Virus record (IMG/VR): IMGVR_UViG_3300012922_000006
Span: 27,598 to 91,597 of that record
Length of the DNA stretch: 64,000 nucleotides
Direction: 5' to 3' (one strand)
Origin: a virus
The notes below the pieces were generated by a model. It saw only the letters and a list, made by a program, of their open reading frames with translations. It made no database searches and was not told where the DNA came from. The position numbers and the translations under genes were made by a program. Below are positions 10,498 to 19,304 of this stretch, one piece after another; within the stretch, counting starts at the first letter, position 1; every line of letters starts with the position of its first letter.

Positions 10498-10962
10498 TCA
10501 CGGCGAGCGCGGCTCGAAGTCCACGCGCTCCACGCGGATGCCCACCCGCTCGAGGAGCGCGAGACCTTCGCGGACCCGGTACTCGCGGTTGTAGACGACG
10601 CGCTCCACGCCCCCGAGCTGGATGAGCAGCTTCGCGCACGCGGCGCACGGCGAGTCGGTGCACACGACGACCTTGCGCGCGTACGCGTCGGCGCACTTCA
10701 CGACCGCGTTGGACTCCGAATGTACGCATCCGCACGATCCTGGGACGTCGCTGTCGCACGTGTTCGGGAGCCCGTGCGCGTTGCCGTTGTAGCCGAAGGA
10801 GAGCGTCCGCCTGAAGTCGTGCGTGAGGATCACACACCCCACCTGGAGGCGCCTGCACGTCGACCTCTCGGAGAGGTCGTACGCGTGGCGCATGAAGATC
10901 GCCTCGAAGGACGGACGCACCCGCTCGATCGTCGCGAACCCACTGCTCGGTCTGTCACCCAT
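10498..10962 (-). CDS. dCMP deaminase family protein
   Basis: RSTC.R.QVG, GYNG, HSE.NA, SPCAACAK zinc motifs. Confidence 0.9.
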   Translation of the reverse strand: MGDRPSSGFATIERVRPSFEAIFMRHAYDLSERSTCRRLQVGCVILTHDFRRTLSFGYNGNAHGLPNTCDSDVPGSCGCVHSESNAVVKCADAYARKVVVCTDSPCAACAKLLIQLGGVERVVYNREYRVREGLALLERVGIRVERVDFEPRSP

Positions 10963-11269
10963 GCTCCACCCCCTCGATCGGCTCGTAGTCGACGCGCGTG
11001 CTCGTGCGGTGCGGCGGCGAGATCCCCCTCGACGCGAAGTAGTTGAGGACCGTCTTCCACACGTCCTCGTCGAGGAAGGGGTCCGCCGTCTTCTCGCGGT
11101 GCGCGGAGCACACGACGTTGCTCGACAGGAACCGCCACGGCTTGCCGGCGTAGACTCGACTCGGGACGAGCAGCAGGACGACCTTCCACTCCGCCGCCCC
11201 CTCGCACCCGTGCCGCGAGCAGCCCAGCGCGCGCGGCTTGTCGTAGCGGACCACCAGCGCGTCACTCAT
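10955..11269 (-). CDS. hypothetical protein (Cys/His motifs)
   Basis: ORF coupled to neighbours. Confidence 0.5.
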   Translation of the reverse strand: MSDALVVRYDKPRALGCSRHGCEGAAEWKVVLLLVPSRVYAGKPWRFLSSNVVCSAHREKTADPFLDEDVWKTVLNYFASRGISPPHRTSTRVDYEPIEGVEHG

Positions 11270-11654
11270 CGTCGTCGCCCTCCTCCACGAACGAAGCCTC
11301 GATCGGTCCCGGTGGCAGGCCCTTCAGCTCCGTCGCCCCCTCAACCGCAGCAGCGAGCAGCGGGTCCGCCGAACTCGGGTCCCGCGCTACGCCCGGCAGG
11401 AATCCTCGCGCCCGGAACTCCGCCCCCTCGCCGTACAGGTCGAAGAACGCGGCGAGCTTCCGCACCGCCTCCGCGTTGCCCCTGAAGCTCAGCCTGATCG
11501 TGAGTGGCATGGCCTTGTCAGACGCCTTCGCCGCCTCATACGAGCCCACGAGGCCAGTCTCGAGCTGCTGGAGCTTCAGCTTCGCCCCCTCGTCACTCTG
11601 GTAGGTCGCGGGCACCCTCACGCCCGTCCCCGCGTACAGTCCCTTGCCGCTCAT
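11262..11654 (-). CDS. hypothetical protein
   Basis: ORF, CGGCAT motif upstream. Confidence 0.55.
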   Translation of the reverse strand: MSGKGLYAGTGVRVPATYQSDEGAKLKLQQLETGLVGSYEAAKASDKAMPLTIRLSFRGNAEAVRKLAAFFDLYGEGAEFRARGFLPGVARDPSSADPLLAAAVEGATELKGLPPGPIEASFVEEGDDDE

Positions 11655-11808
11655 GGCCCGGGACTATGCCGTGAAGAGGAGCTTCGACAGCGAGTCGAGC
11701 ATCTCGCGCGACTCGCGGGCGTCCTTGCGCGACGCCTCGAGCGCCTCGCGCTGCACCGCGTACGCCTCCTCGTCCCACCAGCCGGCCTCCCACACGTCAG
11801 CGTCGACG

Positions 11809-12186
11809 TCAGTGGGTCGGCTCCCCAGGAGCCTCCCCTCCCGCCTCGCCGTCGCCCCCGACCGGTACGACTCGAGCCTGTCCGGCACCGGCATCGCTCC
11901 CATCGACGACTCCCTTCTTCCGCAGCCCAGCCACAACCGAAGTGTGGTCCCGATTCATGATCTTGCCGATCGTCGTCGTCGACATCCGGGGGAACCGCTC
12001 CCGCAGGATCCGCATGCAGGCATGTCGCGCGTCAGAAATGCTCTGCTCCCTCGAAGGCCCCCAGACGTCCCTCATCCGGACACCCATGGCGATGCTGGTG
12101 ATCTTCATCGCCTCGTAGACGCTCAGCTCGCGAAGGTACTCCTCCCACTCGCTGAACGCCTTCGTCTGCGGTTTCACCCTCGCCAC
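11809..12186 (-). CDS. DnaA domain-IV-like HTH DNA-binding protein
   Basis: SR...ARH.CM.ILRE...STT.IGK..NRDHTSV. Confidence 0.78.
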   Translation of the reverse strand: MARVKPQTKAFSEWEEYLRELSVYEAMKITSIAMGVRMRDVWGPSREQSISDARHACMRILRERFPRMSTTTIGKIMNRDHTSVVAGLRKKGVVDGSDAGAGQARVVPVGGDGEAGGEAPGEPTH

Positions 12187-12190
12187 GCGC

Positions 12191-12646
12191 CTACTCCGCT
12201 ACGACGAACGGGGGTGCGTCGTAGCTCCACCCGGGCACTGTCGTCGCCCAGTCCATGAGCGCGTCCGCGTCCGCCTTCGGCACCGTGACCGAGGTGCACC
12301 GCTCGTCCGTGATGAGCGGCAGGATGCTCGGCGGCACCGCGGACGCGTCCGCGAGCTGCTCCGCGTTTTGCCACCACTCGTCAGAGTTCTCGAGCACCAC
12401 ACTGACGACCACGCGCGGCACCGCCTCGGAATCCTCGTGCTCCGCCAGCCACGCCGGCTTCGGGTAGCCACCCGGCATCGCCTTGTGACGCACGAAGTCG
12501 AGTCCCGCGCGAGCGGTGCGGGCGGGGAGCGCGTGCTCCGGGAGCGCGAACGCCTCCTCGAGCACGTCGCAGATCAGGTCCGTCGCCTCCTCGCGCCGGA
12601 GGAGGAACGCCTGCACCGCCAGCAAGAAGTCCGCGCGCCGGCTCAC
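12191..12646 (-). CDS. hypothetical protein
   Basis: ORF in a run of small coupled genes (12.2-14.2 kb). Confidence 0.55.
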   Translation of the reverse strand: MSRRADFLLAVQAFLLRREEATDLICDVLEEAFALPEHALPARTARAGLDFVRHKAMPGGYPKPAWLAEHEDSEAVPRVVVSVVLENSDEWWQNAEQLADASAVPPSILPLITDERCTSVTVPKADADALMDWATTVPGWSYDAPPFVVAE

Positions 12647-13984
12647 TTACGACCCCGGCGCAGCGTCACCCGTCGCGTCTGCACCGCCTCCCTGGCGCAC
12701 TCGAGCGGGCTCTCGCAGGTGCCCGACGCGATCGCGTTGAGCACGTCGAAGTGCAGCTCGTCCTCCATCTCGGCACCCTGGTCCGCGTCGATGACCGACG
12801 CGCGGATGATCCCCCTGACCCTCGCCCTGACTTCCGCCGTCTTCATGGCCGCAGCCTCCCGATCCACGGGTCACGCCCCTGCAACGCGCGCGAGCGGATC
12901 TTCCCCACGCGCGTCAGCCGGTACCACCCGGGCACCTCGGTCTCCTCCACGAGCTTCTTCTCCACGCACATCGCCAGCTCCGCGGTCACCACGACCGGCC
13001 ACCACGGCCGCCCGTTGTCCTGGTCGTGGTCGACGAGGTACTGGTCCTCGGGACTCAGCACACTCCTCGGGATGCTGGCGTCGGCCATCACTTCCCCCAC
13101 GATGGGCAGTCCGGCTTGTGCCGGAGCCCCCCGCCAGCGTAGCCGGGCGTGAGCACGCGGCACCGCGGGCAGATGCCCCGCGCGCGCAGCCTCCGCTCGC
13201 CGGCCTCCACCTCCTCGTTCCTGAGCGCCTCGCCCGTCGTGCAGCCGCACGTGCTGCCCTTCCTCCACGCGATGTACGGGAGCCACCCCGCCCGCGTGAG
13301 CTGCCGCGCCTGCTCGACGGTCACCCACCCGACGCGCACGGCGCCGTCGAGGAAGTCCGCCACCGCCTGCACCGTCGACGCGGCGACGTTCACGGGACCC
13401 TCCTGACCACGAGTCTGTCCTCGTCCCCCGCCCGCTCCCAGAGCAGCAGGCCGTCGTCGACGTCGTCCGCGTCGACCAGCACCTGCAGCGCCTCGCGCGC
13501 CGCGTCCTCGTACGCGGTCGGTGCCGGGATGATCACCCCACGCTGGGTATCGGGATCCACGTCGACGAAGTTCCGGCGCCCCTGGTGCGTCACGCACACG
13601 AGGTAGTCGCCCTTCGCCGCGACCCACGCGACGTCCACGCCGACCTGCCCGCAGCGGAGCTTGTGCACCACCGCCCCGGTGACGACGTGCGCCTCGACCT
13701 CGCGGGCGCTGAGGCCCGAGAGCGACGCGCCGCGCTCGCGCGCGTGCCGCTCCGTCGTGGCCAGCACGTAGCCCGACGAGATCAGCCGCGTCACGGCGAG
13801 GTACTCCCAGACCTGGAGCGGGTGCCGCGTGCGCTCCGCGCGGTCGGTCACCGGATCCCCCGCAGGTGCGAGAGCACCCCGAAGAGCGCGCAGAGCGCCA
13901 CCAGCGCCGCCGCGGTGAGCGCGTACGGCGCCGCGCGGCGCAGGACCTCGCGGACCGCGGCCCGCGCGAACTCGCTGCCCGACA

Positions 13985-14170
13985 TCACAACTCCACCTCC
14001 ACGACCTCGGAGCCAGCCTCGACGACGTCGCCAACCACGGGAATCTCACCGAGCATGTCGTCCGCGCCGACCTCGGAGACGCCGACCCACTCGTCGTCCA
14101 GCCACGCCTTGCACACCGATCCACACGTCGCACCCACCATCCGCATGTCCGACAGACTGATCTTACGCAT
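13985..14170 (-). CDS. hypothetical protein, first gene after a strong promoter
   Basis: AGGAG SD; downstream of the promoter at 14238-14279. Confidence 0.5.
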   Translation of the reverse strand: MRKISLSDMRMVGATCGSVCKAWLDDEWVGVSEVGADDMLGEIPVVGDVVEAGSEVVEVEL

Positions 14171-14237
14171 GGCCCGCAGGCTCCTTTATCCCAGCACCCG
14201 GCCCCGCTCCGTCGCGGGCGCCATCCGCCTGACCCAG

Positions 14238-14279
14238 AGCCTACGTCCGCCCAGGGTCAGCTTGCAAGTCTTTTTTTTA
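14238..14279 (-). promoter_or_regulatory. sigma70-type promoter: A-tract, TTGCAA-N18-TAGGCT
   Basis: AAAAAAAAGACTTGCAAG motif, shared with three other sites. Confidence 0.7.
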
Positions 14280-14819
14280 CGCGATACTCCGGACCCACCC
14301 CGCGACATACGCGAGCCGCTCGCGGAGGTCCCCTATGGAGAGCACCGCGTACTCGCCGCCGTGCTCCCCGATCATGCCGCGCAGCACCGCCTCGTACGCC
14401 TCGTGGTAGCCCGCGACCTGCACGCGGCTCGGGTCCCCCGCGAGGTCCTGGAACGCGCTCACCGGCGTGAACACGACGAGGTCGTAGCGTTCGTGCGCCT
14501 CGAAGTACTCGCGCACCTCGCCTGACCGCAGGCTGCGCGGGTCGCCGTCGCAGATCATGTACGCGAGGTTGTCGAGCACGGTGCGGTCGGTGACGAACGC
14601 CTCGTGCTCCGCCTCCCACGCGCGCTTCGACTCGAACACGCGGCGCTGGAACTCCGCGCGTCTGCCCGCCGCGTCGACATCGTACGGGCTCGCGTAGCCC
14701 ATCTCCGCCGCGACGCTGCGCGCGCCGACTGGGCACACTGGGACCCCGAACTTCTCCGCGACGTGCTTCGCGAGCGTCGACTTGCCCGTTCCGGAAGCAC
14801 CCGAGAACGCGACCCTCAC
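14277..14819 (-). CDS. P-loop NTPase / nucleotide kinase-like protein (AAA_28-like)
   Basis: RVAFSGASGTGKSTLA; DRTVLDNLAY. Confidence 0.78.
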   Translation of the reverse strand: MRVAFSGASGTGKSTLAKHVAEKFGVPVCPVGARSVAAEMGYASPYDVDAAGRRAEFQRRVFESKRAWEAEHEAFVTDRTVLDNLAYMICDGDPRSLRSGEVREYFEAHERYDLVVFTPVSAFQDLAGDPSRVQVAGYHEAYEAVLRGMIGEHGGEYAVLSIGDLRERLAYVAGWVRSIA

Positions 14820-15398
14820 GACTTCACCGGGACGGGCGCGAAGGGGTCGCGGTGCAGGTGCACCCTCGCAAAGGTGGAGATGTGCCCCCGCACGGCGCCG
14901 CTGCTGCACGTGCGCCGGAACTCAGCTCCGCACGTCGTGCACCGCGCGTGGACCTTCTGCTCCTCGGGAAGGCCCGTCTCCGGGTCGCGCCGCTGCGGCT
15001 CGTGCGACCCCTCTACATGGGGAGCCCAGTCAGGATCAAAGTGCTCGCTGTAGACCCTCTCCGCCATCGACCGACCTCCAGGTAACGGACAACGTACGTC
15101 CGGATGCCGCGCTGGGTGGTCACCACGACCGACCAGCGCTGCCGCCTGCGGAACTCCTCGACGGCGACGCGGAACCACGCCGGCGCGTCCACCCCCGCGT
15201 CGACGCGGAACGCCACCTTCCCGGACCGGAGGAACTTCCTGCGGTGCTCGCGCAGGCCCGCGAGCCACGCCGCCGCGCGGAACTGGTCGGCGACCACGTG
15301 CCGCTCGAGCGCCTCCGACGGCGTCTCGCCCTCGCGCGTCGTCAGCTCCCGAACGAGTGCACCGCGCATCCCTACTCGCTCCTCTTCATGGGGCGTGA

Positions 15399-15420
15399 AG
15401 TCGAGGCCCGGGCCTCGACT
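15399..15420. repeat. 22-bp palindrome, copy 4 (overlaps the TAG of the upstream gene)
   Basis: exact match. Confidence 0.97.
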
Positions 15421-15636
15421 ATGGCTCCGGGCTCACGATCGACGCCTGGCGGAGCTGCTGCTCGAGCTTCGATACCTGCGCGCGTAGCTGGTCATTCTCC
15501 TTGGAGGCGCCGGCGCGCGCGTCCTCCGCCGCCCGTAGGCTCGCCTTGAGGTTGTTGATCGCCACCTCGTACGTGCCGACCAGGTCCTCGTAGAACGTCG
15601 TCACCGCGCGCAGCGCGTCGTGCCCGTTCTTCGGCG

Positions 15637-16038
15637 TCACGGCGCCTCCTGCGACTTCGGGAGTGCGCGCTCCAGCTCCGCGACCTGCGCCCGCAGCGCG
15701 GCTGCCAAGAGCACCGCGCACGTCGTCGGGCGCACGCGGTGCGCCACCGCGAGCCTTCCCAATTCGAGGCTGAGTCCACCAACGAGGTCGACAGCGCGCA
15801 CGTAGAACTCCGCCTCGCGCTCCTCGAGCCGCATGAACTCGCCCGGCTTCGCGACGAAGCTCGCGCCGTTCGCCATCTCGATCACGGGCCCCTGCGTCGG
15901 CTGCTGCGTCAACGTCGACACGTACTGCTCCCCCCGCCCGTCGAAGAGCTTCGCGACCCTGCCGATCGACTTCGTAGGCATGTGGAAGACGAACGCCCCC
16001 TCGTCGACCAGCTTCTTCGCCCACTCGAGGTCGTCCAT
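15637..16038 (-). CDS. hypothetical protein
   Basis: ORF with protein-like composition. Confidence 0.55.
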   Translation of the reverse strand: MDDLEWAKKLVDEGAFVFHMPTKSIGRVAKLFDGRGEQYVSTLTQQPTQGPVIEMANGASFVAKPGEFMRLEEREAEFYVRAVDLVGGLSLELGRLAVAHRVRPTTCAVLLAAALRAQVAELERALPKSQEAP

Positions 16039-16190
16039 CTACGCCAACCGCCTTTCAGCATTCAGCAACGTCGCGCGATAGACGGCGTTGACCTTCAACT
16101 CTTTGGAATGACACGAGCAACAGAGGCACGTCAGGTTCGAGAGGTCGTGGCTCTTTCTTTCCAAAGTTCCAAACCCGACGCATTGTCATC
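16039..16190 (-). pseudogene. HNH endonuclease remnant
   Basis: lower-GC segment; frame after the MTase stop reads QCVGFG...SHDLSNLTCLCCSCHSK (HNH C-terminal motif) with no start. Confidence 0.45.
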
Positions 16191-17322
16191 TCTTCTTCAA
16201 TGCCGCTCGTTCGAAGATCGAACCCTTGCGTATTCGCGCCTCAGCGATCTCGCAATACTCAAGCGATTGTTCGATCCCCACGACCTCGTCCCAGCCCGCC
16301 TGCAGGCACGCGATCATCTCGGACCCCGAGCCGCTGAACGGGACGAGGATCCTGCGCGGGCTCCCGTCGCGACGCTTCGGCGGGAGCACCATCCTCGCGA
16401 AGTACCGGACCAGGTCCTGCGGCTTCACCGTCGGGTGACTCGAGTGCTCGCCCTCGCCGAGCCCGCGGTCACGCTCCGACCGACTCGCCTTCGCCGTGTA
16501 GAAGAACCGCGACGCGCCTCTGCTCTGCTCGTCGATCATGCGAACCGGGCACCACGACGCGCACTCCGCATCGACGCAAAACGGATCGTGCGTGAGCACC
16601 ACGTTCGAGGGCCAGCGACCGACTCGCTCCAAGGAGACGACGTTCTTCACTCCCTTGAACATGCGCGACGACCCCGAGATCGCGGCTGGTAAGACGTCTT
16701 CGCCGACCCGCGACGTGACGAGGTCGAGCCCGACGACGCCGTGCTCGAGTGCCGCATTCGCGACCGTTCCCCCGAGCATCCGGCGCGCGAGCAGCGCGGG
16801 CTCATACGCCGGCTTCAGTCCCGTCCCGTAACCTTCCCAGTCAGCAGCAGCAGTCGCCGGTGCAGTGATCGGGATGAGCCCCGTCTCGTCGCGACCCGTC
16901 GCACCCCTGAAAGAAACAGTCGACCCCGATCCCTTGTCGAGTCCAGAATTCTTGTGGCCGACGACCTTCGTCCGCTTCGCACCCAGTCGCTTGTCGACCG
17001 CCTTGCTCACGTCGTGGCTCTTGGGCCATCCAGCGCCGTACAGCCACATGAGCACGTCGCGGATCTCGAAGCCCCCGTCCTCCACGTTCACGACGAGGCG
17101 GTGGAACGTCCGCGAGCCCCCGAAGATGACCGCGTGCGCACCCGGCTTCAGGACCCGCAGCATCGCGCTCCACACGTTCACGCTCGGCACCGAGTAGTCC
17201 CAGCGCCGGCCCATAAATCTGAGTCCGTAGGGTGGGTCAAGGCAGGCCGCGTCGAACGACTTCTCCGCGAGCGTCCGCACCACGGCGCGCACGTCGCCGC
17301 GGTGGATCGTCCACGGCCTCAC
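16186..17322 (-). CDS. DNA methyltransferase, N6-A/N4-C family (beta class)
   Basis: DPPY before HPTVKP and ILVPFSGSGS. Confidence 0.9.
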   Translation of the reverse strand: MRPWTIHRGDVRAVVRTLAEKSFDAACLDPPYGLRFMGRRWDYSVPSVNVWSAMLRVLKPGAHAVIFGGSRTFHRLVVNVEDGGFEIRDVLMWLYGAGWPKSHDVSKAVDKRLGAKRTKVVGHKNSGLDKGSGSTVSFRGATGRDETGLIPITAPATAAADWEGYGTGLKPAYEPALLARRMLGGTVANAALEHGVVGLDLVTSRVGEDVLPAAISGSSRMFKGVKNVVSLERVGRWPSNVVLTHDPFCVDAECASWCPVRMIDEQSRGASRFFYTAKASRSERDRGLGEGEHSSHPTVKPQDLVRYFARMVLPPKRRDGSPRRILVPFSGSGSEMIACLQAGWDEVVGIEQSLEYCEIAEARIRKGSIFERAALKKR

Positions 17323-18011
17323 TTCTTCTTCGCGGCGCGCTTGGCGGGCACCGAGACGCCGAGCATGCGCGCGAGCGCGTCGCCCGACGGCTCCTCCTTC
17401 CTCGACTTCGCGCCGACCGCGGCCTTCACCGCGTCGCGCACCTCCTTGCGCGTGAAGTCGAGCTTCAGCGACGGCGCCTGCTGCGACGGCTTCGGGCCCG
17501 TGCCGTCGTCGCCCTGCGTCGGGTCGGGCTCGTCGAGGTAGGACGCGAACTCCTCGGGCTCGAGGCCCATGACCAGGACCTCCTCCGCGCCGATCGGCGA
17601 CTCCGCCTGCATGTCCGCCAGCATCTCGCCGACGAGGTCCTCGCTCAGCTCCGCCTTGTCGCGCATCGCGAGGTTCAGCGCCTTCGCCGTGCGGTCGTCG
17701 ACGTCGAGCAGGATCACCGGCACCTCCGGCACCTCCGTCGCGTCCTCCACCGCGATCTCGCGCAGCGCGCGCAGCCGCTGGTGGCCCGCGATGATCACGT
17801 TCGGCCCGAACTGCGGCGACAACTTCTGCGCCACGATCGGCTGCACGAACCCGTTCCTCCGGATGCTCGCCTTCAGCTGCTCGAGACGCGAGACGCTGAT
17901 CGTCTTCGGGTTATACGCCGCTGGTGCCAGCACCTCGATCGCCGTGAGCACCGACCCGTGCACCCGCACCGCGCGCGAAGCGGGGACCTCCGCCACTGCC
18001 TTCTTCACCAT
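17319..18011 (-). CDS. ParB/Srx N-terminal-domain protein
   Basis: YNPK...LKASIRRNGFVQPIV...IIAGHQRLRAL; no HTH evident. Confidence 0.85.
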   Translation of the reverse strand: MVKKAVAEVPASRAVRVHGSVLTAIEVLAPAAYNPKTISVSRLEQLKASIRRNGFVQPIVAQKLSPQFGPNVIIAGHQRLRALREIAVEDATEVPEVPVILLDVDDRTAKALNLAMRDKAELSEDLVGEMLADMQAESPIGAEEVLVMGLEPEEFASYLDEPDPTQGDDGTGPKPSQQAPSLKLDFTRKEVRDAVKAAVGAKSRKEEPSGDALARMLGVSVPAKRAAKKK

Positions 18012-18039
18012 GTCGTGTCGCCTCCTGACCCGTGGGAGG

Positions 18040-18573
18040 TTAGCCCGCCAGCGTCACACCGGGGAGGCCCAGCTCCGCGCGACCCGCGTTCGCGATCACG
18101 AACGCGTCGCCGGGGTCGCTCGCCGAGAACGAGAAGCCGAGACGCGAGAGCGCCGCCTGCGTGGCCGGCCCGCGCGTGCCCTTGCCGGGAGGCAGCTTGC
18201 CGAGGAGGTAGCTCTGCGCCCTCGACTGGGCGAGTGGGCGCACGACGAGGCCCCACCGCCTGAACAGTTCGTTCTTCACCGCACCCGCCAGCTCCGCGAG
18301 CATCACGCCTCGTTGGTCGAACCGCTCATACGCATGGTCCTCGATCAGGATCGCAGGCTCTCCGGACCACTGCATGGCACCGTCAACGAACTCGACGATG
18401 CCGGTGACGATTGAGTCAACGCGCTCTGCGCGCGCCTTCAAGTCGTTCTCGCACTTCCCTCCCCACGTGTCGAAGCGCACGCGGTCCGTGGGCTTCACGG
18501 GGTCCCACGACGGGAAGAGCAGGCACCCAGCGGCCGCGCGCAGCGACAGGTCGAGGCCGATGACAGCGGGCAC
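18040..18573 (-). CDS. RuvC-like Holliday junction resolvase
   Basis: VIGLDLSL, ILIED, LAELAGAVK, DPGDAF. Confidence 0.75.
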   Translation of the reverse strand: MPAVIGLDLSLRAAAGCLLFPSWDPVKPTDRVRFDTWGGKCENDLKARAERVDSIVTGIVEFVDGAMQWSGEPAILIEDHAYERFDQRGVMLAELAGAVKNELFRRWGLVVRPLAQSRAQSYLLGKLPPGKGTRGPATQAALSRLGFSFSASDPGDAFVIANAGRAELGLPGVTLAG

Positions 18574-18806
18574 TAGCAGGTGTCGCACGGGAACGCCCCG
18601 TCGCCCGGCTTCTTCGGCGGAGGCGCGAAGTCGGCTGGCACGACCTCCGCCTTCGCCGGCGCCTCCTTGGCCTTCAGCGGCGGCGGGCTCGCCGGCTCCG
18701 GGTCCGCGTAGCCCGCCTCCTCCTCGCCCGCGCCCACCGCCTGCGCGGCGCACGCCGCCGCCAGCATCCCCAGGAGCAGCACCCCGCACGCCTTCAGTCT
18801 CCCCAT
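18573..18806 (-). CDS. small putative lipoprotein
   Basis: signal peptide ending LAAAC. Confidence 0.45.
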   Translation of the reverse strand: MGRLKACGVLLLGMLAAACAAQAVGAGEEEAGYADPEPASPPPLKAKEAPAKAEVVPADFAPPPKKPGDGAFPCDTC

Positions 18807-18824
18807 TGTCCCCTCCCCGCTTCC

Positions 18825-19289
18825 TCACGTTTCCGACTCCCCCCAGGGTACGTCGGGGCAGGCGTCGCGCAGCAGCGACCTCGCCCGCTCGAACGCGCCC
18901 GGCTCGTTCCACACCCGACAGAGCCCACTCGGGTGCGGGAGCGCGACGTACCCGTGCCCGCCGACCGGCTTGGGTACCTGCGTGAACGGGTCGAACACGC
19001 GCCCCGGGTTCCAGAAGCCGAACGCGTCGGCGACCTTCCTCCCGAGGAGTACGAACACCACGTCGAGGTTGTCCGACAGCATCGCGCCGCTGCGGTCCCT
19101 CGCCGCCGGCGCCGACCACTTCCCCGTGCAGAGGTTCGCGCGCCCGAGCCGCAGGTACGTCCGCGAGTGCAGCCCGCAGACGAGCCTCCGCATGCGCCCG
19201 CCCGCGCTGCTCGCGGGCTCGTCGTAGAGCGCGTAGCGCGGGTCCGCGCCGTAGGGGTTCATCTCGCCGACGAGGAGCACGCGACTCAT
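18825..19289 (-). CDS. uracil-DNA glycosylase superfamily protein
   Basis: VLLVGE.NP, VLLGRKVA, LPHPSG. Confidence 0.72.
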   Translation of the reverse strand: MSRVLLVGEMNPYGADPRYALYDEPASSAGGRMRRLVCGLHSRTYLRLGRANLCTGKWSAPAARDRSGAMLSDNLDVVFVLLGRKVADAFGFWNPGRVFDPFTQVPKPVGGHGYVALPHPSGLCRVWNEPGAFERARSLLRDACPDVPWGESET

Positions 19290-19304
19290 GGACCGCGGAT
19301 GCCG

